62,010 bases of DNA from an uncultured Candidatus Peribacteria bacterium (GTDB taxonomy: Bacteria > Patescibacteriota > Gracilibacteria > UBA1369 > UBA12470): contig CAZRWH010000001.1 in the NCBI GenBank assembly GCA_964603905.1, positions 3,146 through 65,155 on the forward strand. Direction: 5' to 3'. Position 1 is the stretch's first letter. Each line of letters opens with the position of its first letter. The notes beneath the pieces are model-generated. The model was not told the DNA's origin, did not search any database, and saw nothing but the letters and a program-made list of their open reading frames with translations. This document shows positions 1 to 8,643 of the stretch, piece after piece. The position numbers and the translations under genes were made by a program.

Positions 1-1845
1 GCTTGTAACTGTGAAAGTGTCTTTTCTATCGTGCATTGATGCATGTTTTCCGTTTTTCTCATGGGAAGTAAATCGTTTTTCGTTAAGCACTACTTCTTCT
101 CCTTCTTGGAAAGGCGAAAGCTCAGATCCTGTTAATTCGGTTGGTTTTGGGCTTATAATAAATCCATTTTGACACGTTGGATCGGGGCCTTGTAAATCGT
201 ATGTGTTTAGCAATTTGATTTTTGATCTCGTGCTGTTGCTTTGTTCAATTTCTCTTATGGCTTCTTCGAATTTAAATTCATCACCAAGTATTTCTAGACC
301 TTGGCTTATTTGACTGAAGTCGAAATCGTTTATGTCTACTTCTTCAGGTTTAGGTTGTCGCATTAAATGTATTCTTAGTATTTCGTACATCAAGACGACC
401 AATACTGTTGATGCGGTAACTCGAGGACATTTGCGTGTGTTCTTAAGAACGTAGTACTGTCTATGGTTTCCTGTTTCTTCATCAGGGTTGGTGTTTAATG
501 GACGGAATTTTTTGTGGTTTTTTTCTCCTGATTTTTTTGTATGGATTGTTAAATCTGGATTTATTGTTCGTAGTCTTTTATATATCCTATCGATATTCTG
601 TCTGATTCCTTGAAATGTGTAGTCTGGATTTTTGTCTAAAAATTCATTGATTATGTCGCGAGTTTTTTTCGGTGTCCCATCTTGAAACTGACTGAAAAAT
701 GCTAGCCAGTTTGTGTAAAAGCTGTTGAATCCAACTTCCATATGGCTTTGTTCTTTGAAGTTACGTCGTGTTCTTATTGTGGCCCATGCTAGTCTTAACA
801 ATTCGTCTGTTACTATAAATTTGCCGGTTTCGTGATCGCGAACTATTTGTAGCTCTGGATTGACGGTGGCTTTGTTTAGCAGGTTTGGGTTGTTGTTAGT
901 TGTTGCTTTTTTTTCTTTCTCCTGCCTATGCTCATCAAGCATTTGTCTTATGCTTGTTAGGCTTGGAATTGTTATTTCTTCTCCGAATAAATTGATTGAC
1001 CTTGGTAATTCCTCATAGGTTGTTTTGTCTATGGCGCTTGGTAGTCCGTAAGGCTTTTGACGTCGGATGTATTTGTCTAATGCGGCTGACAAAACACTAT
1101 TAATGTCTATCGATCTTGATACTGAGTAATTTGCTTGGCTTGTTACCGAAAACGATCTTTTGTCTTCGGAGACTTTTATGTGAGAAGTGTTTATTTTAAA
1201 CCCATTTTCTTCTCGATCTCTTTTTATGAAATTTCCTCCTGTGAAGTTGTTTAATCTCTTAATTGCTTCTAAAACATATCGTATCGATTTGCTTTTTGTT
1301 ATATTCCTTCCTTGTGATGCGAAAAATGCTATAGTGAACTGTTCTAATTTGGCTTTTGGGATTACCTCTCCTAATTTGAATTGCAGGAGATATCCTAATA
1401 GATAGTTTTGTAATTTCAATTTATCTGGTCTGTTGTTGCCTAGTATGTCGTCAGCTACTAAGGCTCTTAAATGGTCGTTGTCATCTATGCTTAATGTCTC
1501 TACGTCGCTTCCTAACTCCATGTGCAGTTTTTTTGTTTTTCTTGTTCCTACTCCTCTTTTTCTCGGTTCTCGAGTATCTGAAGTGACTATATTAATGCGA
1601 CCTTGGGTGGTTTGCCTCAAAGAAGATATAATTGGTTTAATTCCATTTACATGAATCCCGGTTGAGTCGGATATTTGTCGTAAAGTTGTTCCTGCTAATC
1701 CGCTACTTGCTATGATTTTTCCTACCATGAGTTGCTTTGGAGTAAGCATTGTAGGTAATCCCTCTAATTCTCTGCATATTTTTGCATATTCAGAGTCATC
1801 GTTTACGGCTGGTTGTTTGAAAGGCAGGAGATTTGTTTTGTGCAT
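1..1845 (-). CDS. hypothetical protein; 3' end runs off the window (615 codons, no stop); possible N-terminal HTH
   Basis: My own reverse-complement translation from ATG 1845..1843 (MHKTNLLPFKQPAVNDDSEYAKICRELEGLPTMLTPKQLMVGKIIASSGLAGTTLRQISD...) stays open in one frame down to base 1. It is absent from the ORF track, presumably because no stop lies in the window. No family recognised. Confidence 0.6.
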   Translation of the reverse strand, partial: MHKTNLLPFKQPAVNDDSEYAKICRELEGLPTMLTPKQLMVGKIIASSGLAGTTLRQISDSTGIHVNGIKPIISSLRQTTQGRINIVTSDTREPRKRGVGTRKTKKLHMELGSDVETLSIDDNDHLRALVADDILGNNRPDKLKLQNYLLGYLLQFKLGEVIPKAKLEQFTIAFFASQGRNITKSKSIRYVLEAIKRLNNFTGGNFIKRDREENGFKINTSHIKVSEDKRSFSVTSQANYSVSRSIDINSVLSAALDKYIRRQKPYGLPSAIDKTTYEELPRSINLFGEEITIPSLTSIRQMLDEHRQEKEKKATTNNNPNLLNKATVNPELQIVRDHETGKFIVTDELLRLAWATIRTRRNFKEQSHMEVGFNSFYTNWLAFFSQFQDGTPKKTRDIINEFLDKNPDYTFQGIRQNIDRIYKRLRTINPDLTIHTKKSGEKNHKKFRPLNTNPDEETGNHRQYYVLKNTRKCPRVTASTVLVVLMYEILRIHLMRQPKPEEVDINDFDFSQISQGLEILGDEFKFEEAIREIEQSNSTRSKIKLLNTYDLQGPDPTCQNGFIISPKPTELTGSELSPFQEGEEVVLNEKRFTSHEKNGKHASMHDRKDTFTVTS

Positions 1846-1873
1846 TTCTCTTCTTTAAAAAAAGAACCGAATT

Positions 1874-1905
1874 ATAAACAAAAACACCCGTCTTGTCAAC
1901 GGGCG
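1874..1905 (-). terminator. rho-independent terminator downstream of atpD
   Basis: The minus strand reads CGCCCGT-TGACAAG-ACGGGTG (7-bp stem including one G.U) followed by TTTTTGTTTAT. Confidence 0.6.
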
Positions 1906-1935
1906 TTCTCGATTGAAAGTTGTTTTTGTTCTCTT

Positions 1936-2556
1936 TTACGCTTCTACTTTGCTTTTGATGATCATTACGCCTACGATTGCGCTTCTTTCTCCTTCTTCCA
2001 GTTTCATGCTGATGAACTTGATTGTTTCTTTCAGTGCTGGGATTCTGTTGTGTTCAAGTGCATTTACACGTCGTCTTGTTTTTTCTGTTTCTTCAGCAAG
2101 TCTTTCCGCTTGTTTCTCAATTTGAGCCAGTTTGACTAGCAGTGGAAGCACCTCTTGGAAAGATGCTAAAGAGTAATCAAGTTCGCTTGATGTTTGATTG
2201 AAACCGTAAGAAAGTACGTTTCCTTCGATAGAGTGCTTAAAAAACGGAATATGTACACTCATAACGTTTTTTGTCTTAACGTCGAGTGTTGTCTCAGCAG
2301 AGTTGAATGTAAGCGCGCTTTCGAGCATTTTTGGCATAGTTTTTGCCGATCCGTACAGGAAGCTCTTGAACGCAGATCCTAGTTTTTCTTCAACCTCGCG
2401 ACGTAGACTTTTTGCCTCTCGGATAATTTCCATGAATTGTTGCATCAATCCATCTTGTTTATCCTTTAGAAGCTTATGTCCACGCTCGGCCGCCTTCAGC
2501 TGAACTTTCAGCTTGAGCAGCTCCATGCGGGTCGGTTTGACATCTAATTTAGCCAT
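1936..2556 (-). CDS. atpD: V/A-type ATP synthase subunit D
   Basis: 206 aa. MAKLDVKPTRMELLKLK...ERGHKLLKDKQD is the typical subunit D N-terminus. Last gene of the V-ATPase operon. Confidence 0.93.
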   Translation of the reverse strand: MAKLDVKPTRMELLKLKVQLKAAERGHKLLKDKQDGLMQQFMEIIREAKSLRREVEEKLGSAFKSFLYGSAKTMPKMLESALTFNSAETTLDVKTKNVMSVHIPFFKHSIEGNVLSYGFNQTSSELDYSLASFQEVLPLLVKLAQIEKQAERLAEETEKTRRRVNALEHNRIPALKETIKFISMKLEEGERSAIVGVMIIKSKVEA

Positions 2557-2633
2557 AGGTAGTTAATTGTTGTAGTGGTAGTTGTAGTCATTGTGTTTCG
2601 CCTTGGGCGAAACGTCTTATGTCATAAGTCTTA
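2557..2633 (-). repeat. intercistronic cassette: ATGAC-type motif, 8-bp hairpin (2595-2613), family-A G-free leader (2558-2588)
   Basis: The plus strand GGTAGTTAATTGTTGTAGTGGTAGTTGTAGT abuts the atpD ATG. The hairpin is GTTTCGCC-TTG-GGCGAAAC. No C on the plus strand across the leader. Confidence 0.7.
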
Positions 2634-4040
2634 TTATTCTTCTTCTGCTTCAACTTCTTCTTTTGCAGCTCCTTTTCCCTCCATGTATTTCTCGATATGA
2701 GCTTCTTTAACACGTTTTAGCTCTGTCTTCGGCAAGATCTTCATTAGATCCCATCCAATTTGAAGAGTTTCTTCGATAGTTCTATCTTCATACTCGTCTT
2801 GAGTGATGAATTTTGCTTCAAATTCGTTAGCGAATTGAAGGAACAGTCTATCAACGTCTTGAAGAGCAGCTTCACCAAGGATGATCGCAAGGTCACGTAC
2901 CTCAACTCCACGAGCGTACGCTGCATAAAGTTGTGCGAATACACCTTCATGGTCGTCACGAGTAACTTTTCTCGCTGTTGGCGCAAGCCTAGAAAGAGAA
3001 GGTAGTACGTTGATACAAGGATAAATTCCTTTTCTGTGGTGTTCACGAGAAAGTACAAGCTGTCCCTCTGTGATATAACCTGTAAGATCAGGAATCGGAT
3101 GAGTAATATCGTCTTCCGGCATAGTTAGGATAGGAATCTGTGTGATAGAACCGTTTCGTCCTTTTACACGACCAGCTCTTTCATAAAGTGTAGCAAGGTC
3201 AGTGTACAGATAACCTGGATAACCACGTCGTCCTGGTACCTCTTTACGAGCCGCAGATACCTCACGTAGCGCCTCACAGTAGTTTGTAAGGTCAGTAAGG
3301 ATTACAAGTACGTGCATTCCTTTTTCGTAAGCTAGGAACTCAGCAGCTGTAAGCGCCATACGAGGAGTCGCAATACGCTCAACTACAGGATCGTCAGCTG
3401 TGTTAATGAACAGAACCGCTCTTTCGATCGCTCCTGTTTTCTTGAACTCATTTGTAAAGTATTCAGCTTCTTCAAATGTTACACCCATCGCAGCAAATAC
3501 TACCGCAAAGTCTCCTGCTCCTTCAGAACGTACTTTCGCCTGACGAGCGATTTGAGCAGCAATTCGTGCATGTGGCAGACCAGCTCCTGAGAACACAGGA
3601 AGTTTTTGTCCACGTACAAGTGTGTTCAAACAGTCAATTGTTGAAATACCTGTTTGGATAAAGTCATTCGGAAAGTCACGAGAGTAAGGATTCAACGGCG
3701 CACCGTTAATATCAAGTTTCTTCTCAGGAATAATATCGGCTCCTCCATCAATTGGGTTACCTTTTCCGTCAAAGACACGTCCTAGCATGTCTTCTGCTAC
3801 AGGTAGCTCAAGTGTTTTTCCAAGGAATCTAGCTTTTGAACCGTATGTTCCAACACCTTGTGTGTTTTCAAACATCTGAACAAGTGCCATTCCTTCTTTC
3901 GCCTCAAGTACTTTACCGAGACGTGTGTCACCATTTGCGAGAGTAATCTCACAAAGCTCTTCGTATTTGATGCCCTCAACTCCTTCCACCAAGACCAGTG
4001 GTCCGGAGATCGAGGTAATGGTTTGGTATTCTTTTTGCAT
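2634..4040 (-). CDS. atpB: V/A-type ATP synthase subunit B
   Basis: 468 aa with conserved non-catalytic B-subunit sequence ([29 protein letters not shown]). Confidence 0.96.
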   Translation of the reverse strand: MQKEYQTITSISGPLVLVEGVEGIKYEELCEITLANGDTRLGKVLEAKEGMALVQMFENTQGVGTYGSKARFLGKTLELPVAEDMLGRVFDGKGNPIDGGADIIPEKKLDINGAPLNPYSRDFPNDFIQTGISTIDCLNTLVRGQKLPVFSGAGLPHARIAAQIARQAKVRSEGAGDFAVVFAAMGVTFEEAEYFTNEFKKTGAIERAVLFINTADDPVVERIATPRMALTAAEFLAYEKGMHVLVILTDLTNYCEALREVSAARKEVPGRRGYPGYLYTDLATLYERAGRVKGRNGSITQIPILTMPEDDITHPIPDLTGYITEGQLVLSREHHRKGIYPCINVLPSLSRLAPTARKVTRDDHEGVFAQLYAAYARGVEVRDLAIILGEAALQDVDRLFLQFANEFEAKFITQDEYEDRTIEETLQIGWDLMKILPKTELKRVKEAHIEKYMEGKGAAKEEVEAEEE

Positions 4041-4080
4041 AATGATTAGTTAGTAGTGAGTAATAAGTAATGAGAAGTGG
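4041..4080 (-). repeat. family-B G-free leader filling the whole atpA-atpB spacer
   Basis: 40 nt with no C on the plus strand: AATGATTAGTTAGTAGTGAGTAATAAGTAATGAGAAGTGG. Confidence 0.65.
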
Positions 4081-5856
4081 TTAGCTTTCTACGTTAGTTG
4101 TAAGCTTTCCGATTTCTTTCTTAACTTTGTCGATTAGCTCTTGGTATTTACCAAGGTCGTCTCCTTTGATTTCTTTACATTTTGCGATTTCTTGAAGTAC
4201 AGGCAGTGCTAGAAGTCTTTCAATTTCGAATCCTTCTTGGCTTACAAGAGGAAGAGCCTCGTTGTATACCGATAGGATTGTTTTTAGCATCCAGTACTGT
4301 TTTTCAAGAGAAGTGTAGGCATCTTCTGGATCGAAAGCATTTTGGAATAGGAAGTCCTCACGAATCGATTTAGCAGATTCAAGGATCAATCTTTCTTTCG
4401 CAGAAAGTGCATCCATACCGACAAGTTTTACGATCTCTTCAAGCTTTGATTCTTCTTGTAGAAGGCTCATTCCAAGTCCTCTTACATCCATGTAATCGTC
4501 TGCAATTTCTTTCTTTGCGTAACCTTCGATGTTGTCTAGGTAAAGTGAGTAACTTGATAGCCAGTTGATAGCTGGGAAGTGACGTCTGTAAGCAAGCTTA
4601 GCATCTAGTCCCCAGAATACTTTTGTTACACGAAGTGTGTTTTGAGTAACAGGCTCAGAAAGGTCTCCACCAGGAGGAGAAACCGCTCCGATCGCTGTTA
4701 GAGAACCGATTCTTTCGTCTGATCCAAGACAGTCAACGATTCCAGCTCTTTCATAGAACTCAGCTGTACGAGAACCTAGGTAAGCAGGATAACCTTCCTC
4801 ACCAGGCATCTCTTCAAGACGTCCTGACATCTCACGAAGAGCCTCAGCCCAACGTGATGTTGAGTCGGCCATAAGCGCTACGTTGTATCCCATATCTCGG
4901 TAGTACTCAGCAATTGTGATACCTGTGTAAACAGAAGCCTCACGAGCCGCTACCGGCATGTTAGATGTGTTTGCGATAAGAATTGTACGTTTCATAAGTG
5001 GTTCACCTGTATTTGGATCTTCCAGGTGAGGGAACTCTTGAAGTACCTCAGTCATCTCGTTTCCACGCTCTCCACATCCGATGTAAACGATTACTTGAGC
5101 ATCACAGTATTTAGCCAGTGATTGCTGTGTAACAGTTTTTCCAGCTCCGAAAGGTCCAGGAATACATCCAGCTCCACCTTTCATGATAGGGAAGAGCATA
5201 TCTAGGATTCTTGTTCCTGAAATAAGTGGAACATTTGGAACTTTCTTAGTTTTTACAGGTCGTGGTTTACGGATTGACCACTTTTGCATCATTTTTAGCT
5301 CGTGTTTTTCTCCTTTGTCGTCTTCCAATGTTGCAATTACGTCTACGATTGTGTGATCTCCGCTCTTGATATCAGTGATTTTTCCACCTTGGATTGCTGG
5401 TGGAACCATGATTTTGTGACGAATCAGGTTTGTTTCTTGTACTTCACCGATTGTGTCTCCAGCTACAACTGTGTCTCCAGCTTTTACTGTTGGTTCGAAT
5501 TTCCATTTCTTCTTTTGGTCTAGAGCAGGTACCTCAATTCCACGTTCCATGAACGCTCCTGAAGCGTCCTCAAGAAGAGGAAGTGGTCTTTGGATACCGT
5601 CGTAAATTGATTCGAGTAGTCCAGGTCCTAGGTCAACCGACATAGTTGTTCCGGTTGCTTCTACCGGTTCTCCCGGTCCAACACCTGATGTTTCTTCGTA
5701 AACCTGGATTGATACTTCGTCACCGTCAATTTCGATGACCTCTCCGATCAGTCCTTTGTCCGAAACTTTCATTACCTCGTACATTTTTGCTCCCGGTAGT
5801 CCTTTTGCTACTACCAGTGGTCCTGCCACTTTGATGATTGTTCCTTTTTGTTCCAT
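4081..5856 (-). CDS. atpA: V/A-type ATP synthase catalytic subunit A
   Basis: 591 aa. Walker [10 protein letters not shown]. Non-homologous-region insertion typical of A subunits. Confidence 0.97.
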   Translation of the reverse strand: MEQKGTIIKVAGPLVVAKGLPGAKMYEVMKVSDKGLIGEVIEIDGDEVSIQVYEETSGVGPGEPVEATGTTMSVDLGPGLLESIYDGIQRPLPLLEDASGAFMERGIEVPALDQKKKWKFEPTVKAGDTVVAGDTIGEVQETNLIRHKIMVPPAIQGGKITDIKSGDHTIVDVIATLEDDKGEKHELKMMQKWSIRKPRPVKTKKVPNVPLISGTRILDMLFPIMKGGAGCIPGPFGAGKTVTQQSLAKYCDAQVIVYIGCGERGNEMTEVLQEFPHLEDPNTGEPLMKRTILIANTSNMPVAAREASVYTGITIAEYYRDMGYNVALMADSTSRWAEALREMSGRLEEMPGEEGYPAYLGSRTAEFYERAGIVDCLGSDERIGSLTAIGAVSPPGGDLSEPVTQNTLRVTKVFWGLDAKLAYRRHFPAINWLSSYSLYLDNIEGYAKKEIADDYMDVRGLGMSLLQEESKLEEIVKLVGMDALSAKERLILESAKSIREDFLFQNAFDPEDAYTSLEKQYWMLKTILSVYNEALPLVSQEGFEIERLLALPVLQEIAKCKEIKGDDLGKYQELIDKVKKEIGKLTTNVES

Positions 5857-5892
5857 GATGATGAGTTATAATTTTAAGTTATATATAATTGG

Positions 5893-6249
5893 TTATTTGT
5901 CTCCCAAAATATCAGATCCAACCGCTTGTTCAACGATTTTACTGATTCTTTTTAGTCCATATCCTGTTGTTCCTTTCGGTCCTGGGATTGGAATGATTGC
6001 AGGCAGAGCTGCTGATGAAAGTTTTTTCATTTCATCGTGATTGATTCCGGTTGCTAGATCTTCGATGATGAAGATGATTGCGTATGCCGGTACTGAACTA
6101 TCTTCACTTCCGATCTTTGTTTTCACTAGTTTTTGTAGAGTTTCTAGTGCTTGTTCTGTATCCAAAGCGCTGTGTGCCTCGAGTCCCAATGCTTGGAATC
6201 CTAGGATTGCGTCTTTTGGACCTACAATTGCAATTTTGTGCTTATCCAT
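5893..6249 (-). CDS. atpF: V/A-type ATP synthase subunit F
   Basis: 118 aa. KIAIVGPKDAILGFQALGLE matches the subunit F pattern. Operon position between C and A. Confidence 0.85.
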   Translation of the reverse strand: MDKHKIAIVGPKDAILGFQALGLEAHSALDTEQALETLQKLVKTKIGSEDSSVPAYAIIFIIEDLATGINHDEMKKLSSAALPAIIPIPGPKGTTGYGLKRISKIVEQAVGSDILGDK

Positions 6250-6332
6250 TAGGTAGTAGTAGTTAGTAGTGATAGTTGTAGTGTTGTAGTTGGTGGTAGT
6301 AGTGGTAGTTTTGCGCCTTTGGTGCTGGCTTG
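6250..6332 (-). repeat. extended family-A G-free leader (63 nt) plus small hairpin 6313-6325
   Basis: 6250-6312 has no C on the plus strand (GGTAGTAGTAGTTAGTAGTGATAGTTGTAGTGTTGTAGTTGGTGGTAGTAGTGGTAGTTTT). The hairpin is GCGCC-TTT-GGTGC with a G.T wobble. Confidence 0.65.
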
Positions 6333-7376
6333 TTAGTGAGAGTCGACGTAAGATTTTGGTATTTCTTTTCTGATCATTTCTTCGTCTAGTCCGTTAAGTT
6401 TTCCTACCATAATCATTCGGATGATTTGAGCGTTTAGCTCTTTTAGCCACCAGTAATTAAGTAGTGGTTCGATTCCGAAAGGTAGGAATCTTGCTTCGTT
6501 GATCATTTTTACTAGAGCGTCTTGTAGAAGTTTTTCTAGTTTTCTGAATGATCCTGTTTCTTTGTGGTACTCAAGTCCTTTTGCAATGGCTTCTGCGTAT
6601 GGGCAGAACGAGAATACGTTTACGATTGTGTCCCAGTCTTCTTTTAGATTGTCGATGTATTTGTCATGTCTAATTGATCCTCCGATTGTCAGTGATCTCT
6701 TTAGAACGGTTAGAGGATCTCGTCCTTGTGCTTTTGCACGGCAGAAAGACATGATGTTATGAATGTCAGTTTGTGCTTTTACGTACTGTTTTAGGTATTT
6801 TGATCCAGTTTCTTTTGCGATCTTCTGTTTAACCTTTAGGAAAGCACGGTCGATATGAAGATCTACCAATGTTAGATCTTCTGTCTCTGCGTAAAGCTCT
6901 TTACCTCTCCTTACCGCACGGGCAAGTCTTGGTTTCTCATCTCCTTTCATACGAAGCTGGATTACTTCGTCTGAGAAAATATATTCTGCTAGTGCAGAAG
7001 GTTTGATTTTTCCCCAAGGGATGATTAAGTGCTCTACTTCTTCGTAAGTTTTTCCTGTTAGTTTCGCTTTTAGCATTGTTTTCGCGTTGTGTGCGTCGTA
7101 TTCATACCATGCGATGTTTAGTACCCATCTTTTTGGTGTGATGTCTCTTAATGTTGCTCTAGTGTCCGAAAGTCCAGCGTCGATTACTTCTTGGAAATCT
7201 TCAACTTTGTCGATGTCTCCAATGTGAGTTGAGTAATCTGTGTCGTTTAAGATTCTGTAAGCTTCTTTTGCATCTTTTGCACCTAGCATACGCTCAATAT
7301 CGTTGTGGTCGAGTAATTGATTTGTTAGGACCTGGGTCAAGGTCACTGCGTATATGTAGTCGTTGTTGTTTATCAT
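6333..7376 (-). CDS. atpC: V/A-type ATP synthase subunit C (eukaryotic d-like)
   Basis: 347 aa helical protein at the position of subunit C in the I-K-E-C-F-A-B-D order. Confidence 0.85.
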   Translation of the reverse strand: MINNNDYIYAVTLTQVLTNQLLDHNDIERMLGAKDAKEAYRILNDTDYSTHIGDIDKVEDFQEVIDAGLSDTRATLRDITPKRWVLNIAWYEYDAHNAKTMLKAKLTGKTYEEVEHLIIPWGKIKPSALAEYIFSDEVIQLRMKGDEKPRLARAVRRGKELYAETEDLTLVDLHIDRAFLKVKQKIAKETGSKYLKQYVKAQTDIHNIMSFCRAKAQGRDPLTVLKRSLTIGGSIRHDKYIDNLKEDWDTIVNVFSFCPYAEAIAKGLEYHKETGSFRKLEKLLQDALVKMINEARFLPFGIEPLLNYWWLKELNAQIIRMIMVGKLNGLDEEMIRKEIPKSYVDSH

Positions 7377-7413
7377 TATAATGAGAAGTGAGTAATGAGT
7401 AGTGAGAAGTTAA
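7377..7413 (-). repeat. family-B G-free leader upstream of atpC
   Basis: TATAATGAGAAGTGAGTAATGAGTAGTGAGAAGTTAA, with no C on the plus strand. Confidence 0.65.
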
Positions 7414-7968
7414 TTAGAACAAGATATTAGCTACTTTTGTTTCAAGTTCTCCTCGTAGTTTTTTCTCGATAACTGAATCAAATGTGAAGTCGTATTCAAC
7501 TTTTCCTGTTTTAAGAACGAATCCTCCAAGGAAAGTTCCTTCTTCACCAAGTTTGTATTGTGTGTTTGCAATTACTTCTTCTGTTTCAGCTTTTTTACCT
7601 TTTGCGTAAGTGATTTCACCTTCTTTTTCTGCTTCTTGTGCTTTTTTTATAGAAGACTCGATGTATTTTTTGTAGTTTGGAGAGTCAACTAGTGCGCTTA
7701 GCGTGTTGTCAAAAATTTGGTCGATTAGTTCTCGTTTTTTCGCAAGAATTTGTTTTCTTCTTTCTGCATTTGCTAGCATCTCAGTTCTTTCTTTTACTTT
7801 TGCAGCGCCGTCTACCGCTTTCTTTTCGATATTCTTGATAGATTGTGCTTTTTTCTCTGTATATTTGTCTTCTACAGCTTTCAAAGCGTTTGCTAGTTGC
7901 TTTTCCATTTCTTCTAGCTTTTGCGTTCCGATGTTTTCGATTTCAGATATTAGGTCTGTTAGTGACAT
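7414..7968 (-). CDS. atpE: V/A-type ATP synthase subunit E (peripheral stalk)
   Basis: 184 aa. N-terminal charged coiled coil plus C-terminal globular part. Operon position. Confidence 0.85.
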   Translation of the reverse strand: MSLTDLISEIENIGTQKLEEMEKQLANALKAVEDKYTEKKAQSIKNIEKKAVDGAAKVKERTEMLANAERRKQILAKKRELIDQIFDNTLSALVDSPNYKKYIESSIKKAQEAEKEGEITYAKGKKAETEEVIANTQYKLGEEGTFLGGFVLKTGKVEYDFTFDSVIEKKLRGELETKVANILF

Positions 7969-8119
7969 GTTTTTGGTAGTTAGTAGTTGATAGTGGTAGT
8001 TGTAGTCTTGGTGTCCCGCTCAGCGGGACGGAATTTATATTTTGCGCTTTTAGCCTTGCGCATTATTTCAGACTTGTAACCCCGTTCGAGCGGACTCGAC
8101 CGGGGATGAAGTCAAAAAT
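7969..8119 (-). repeat. atpK-atpE spacer: long hairpin (8083-8108), GTCCCGC hairpin repeat (8009-8029), family-A leader (7975-8006)
   Basis: TGGTGTCCCGCTCAGCGGGAC recurs at 15981-16001. GGTAGTTAGTAGTTGATAGTGGTAGTTGTAGT abuts the atpE ATG. Confidence 0.65.
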
Positions 8120-8593
8120 TTATACTTGGATTCCGAAGATCAGAAGTACACTAACAAGTAGACCAAGTACCGCGTATGTTTCTACCATCGCTGACATGAT
8201 TACCGCTTTACCTGCGTTAGCTGGGTTTTTAGCGATAACTTTTAGACCTGTAGCAGATACTTTTCCTTGGTGGATACCAGAGAAAAGAGACGCGAATCCA
8301 ACTGGAATACTTGCTCCTAGGAATTGCATTCCTGTCGAAGAAGAAAGAGAAGCAACTTCTCCTCCTAGTAGTCCGATTTGCATAAGGATCAAAAGAGCTC
8401 CTAGGAATCCGTAGATACCTTGAGTACCTGGAAGAGCTTGCATAAGAAGGATTTTACCGAAAAGTTCTGGCTTTTCAGTTGTAACTCCCGCTCCAGCTTG
8501 TCCTGCAAGACCTACACCGATACTTGATCCGATTCCTCCGCATACTGCGGCGATTGCAGCTCCGAAGACTGCTAGTGCTAGACCTGTGTCCAT
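8120..8593 (-). CDS. atpK: V/A-type ATP synthase proteolipid subunit K (4-TM, duplicated c)
   Basis: 157 aa. LPGTQGIYGF, SGIHQGKV and AMVETYAVLG align with the Enterococcus hirae NtpK motifs. Confidence 0.93.
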   Translation of the reverse strand: MDTGLALAVFGAAIAAVCGGIGSSIGVGLAGQAGAGVTTEKPELFGKILLMQALPGTQGIYGFLGALLILMQIGLLGGEVASLSSSTGMQFLGASIPVGFASLFSGIHQGKVSATGLKVIAKNPANAGKAVIMSAMVETYAVLGLLVSVLLIFGIQV

Positions 8594-8643
8594 AGTTTTT
8601 TTAGGTTAAATTGTTATGGTTATTTTAAATTTTGGCTAATTTC

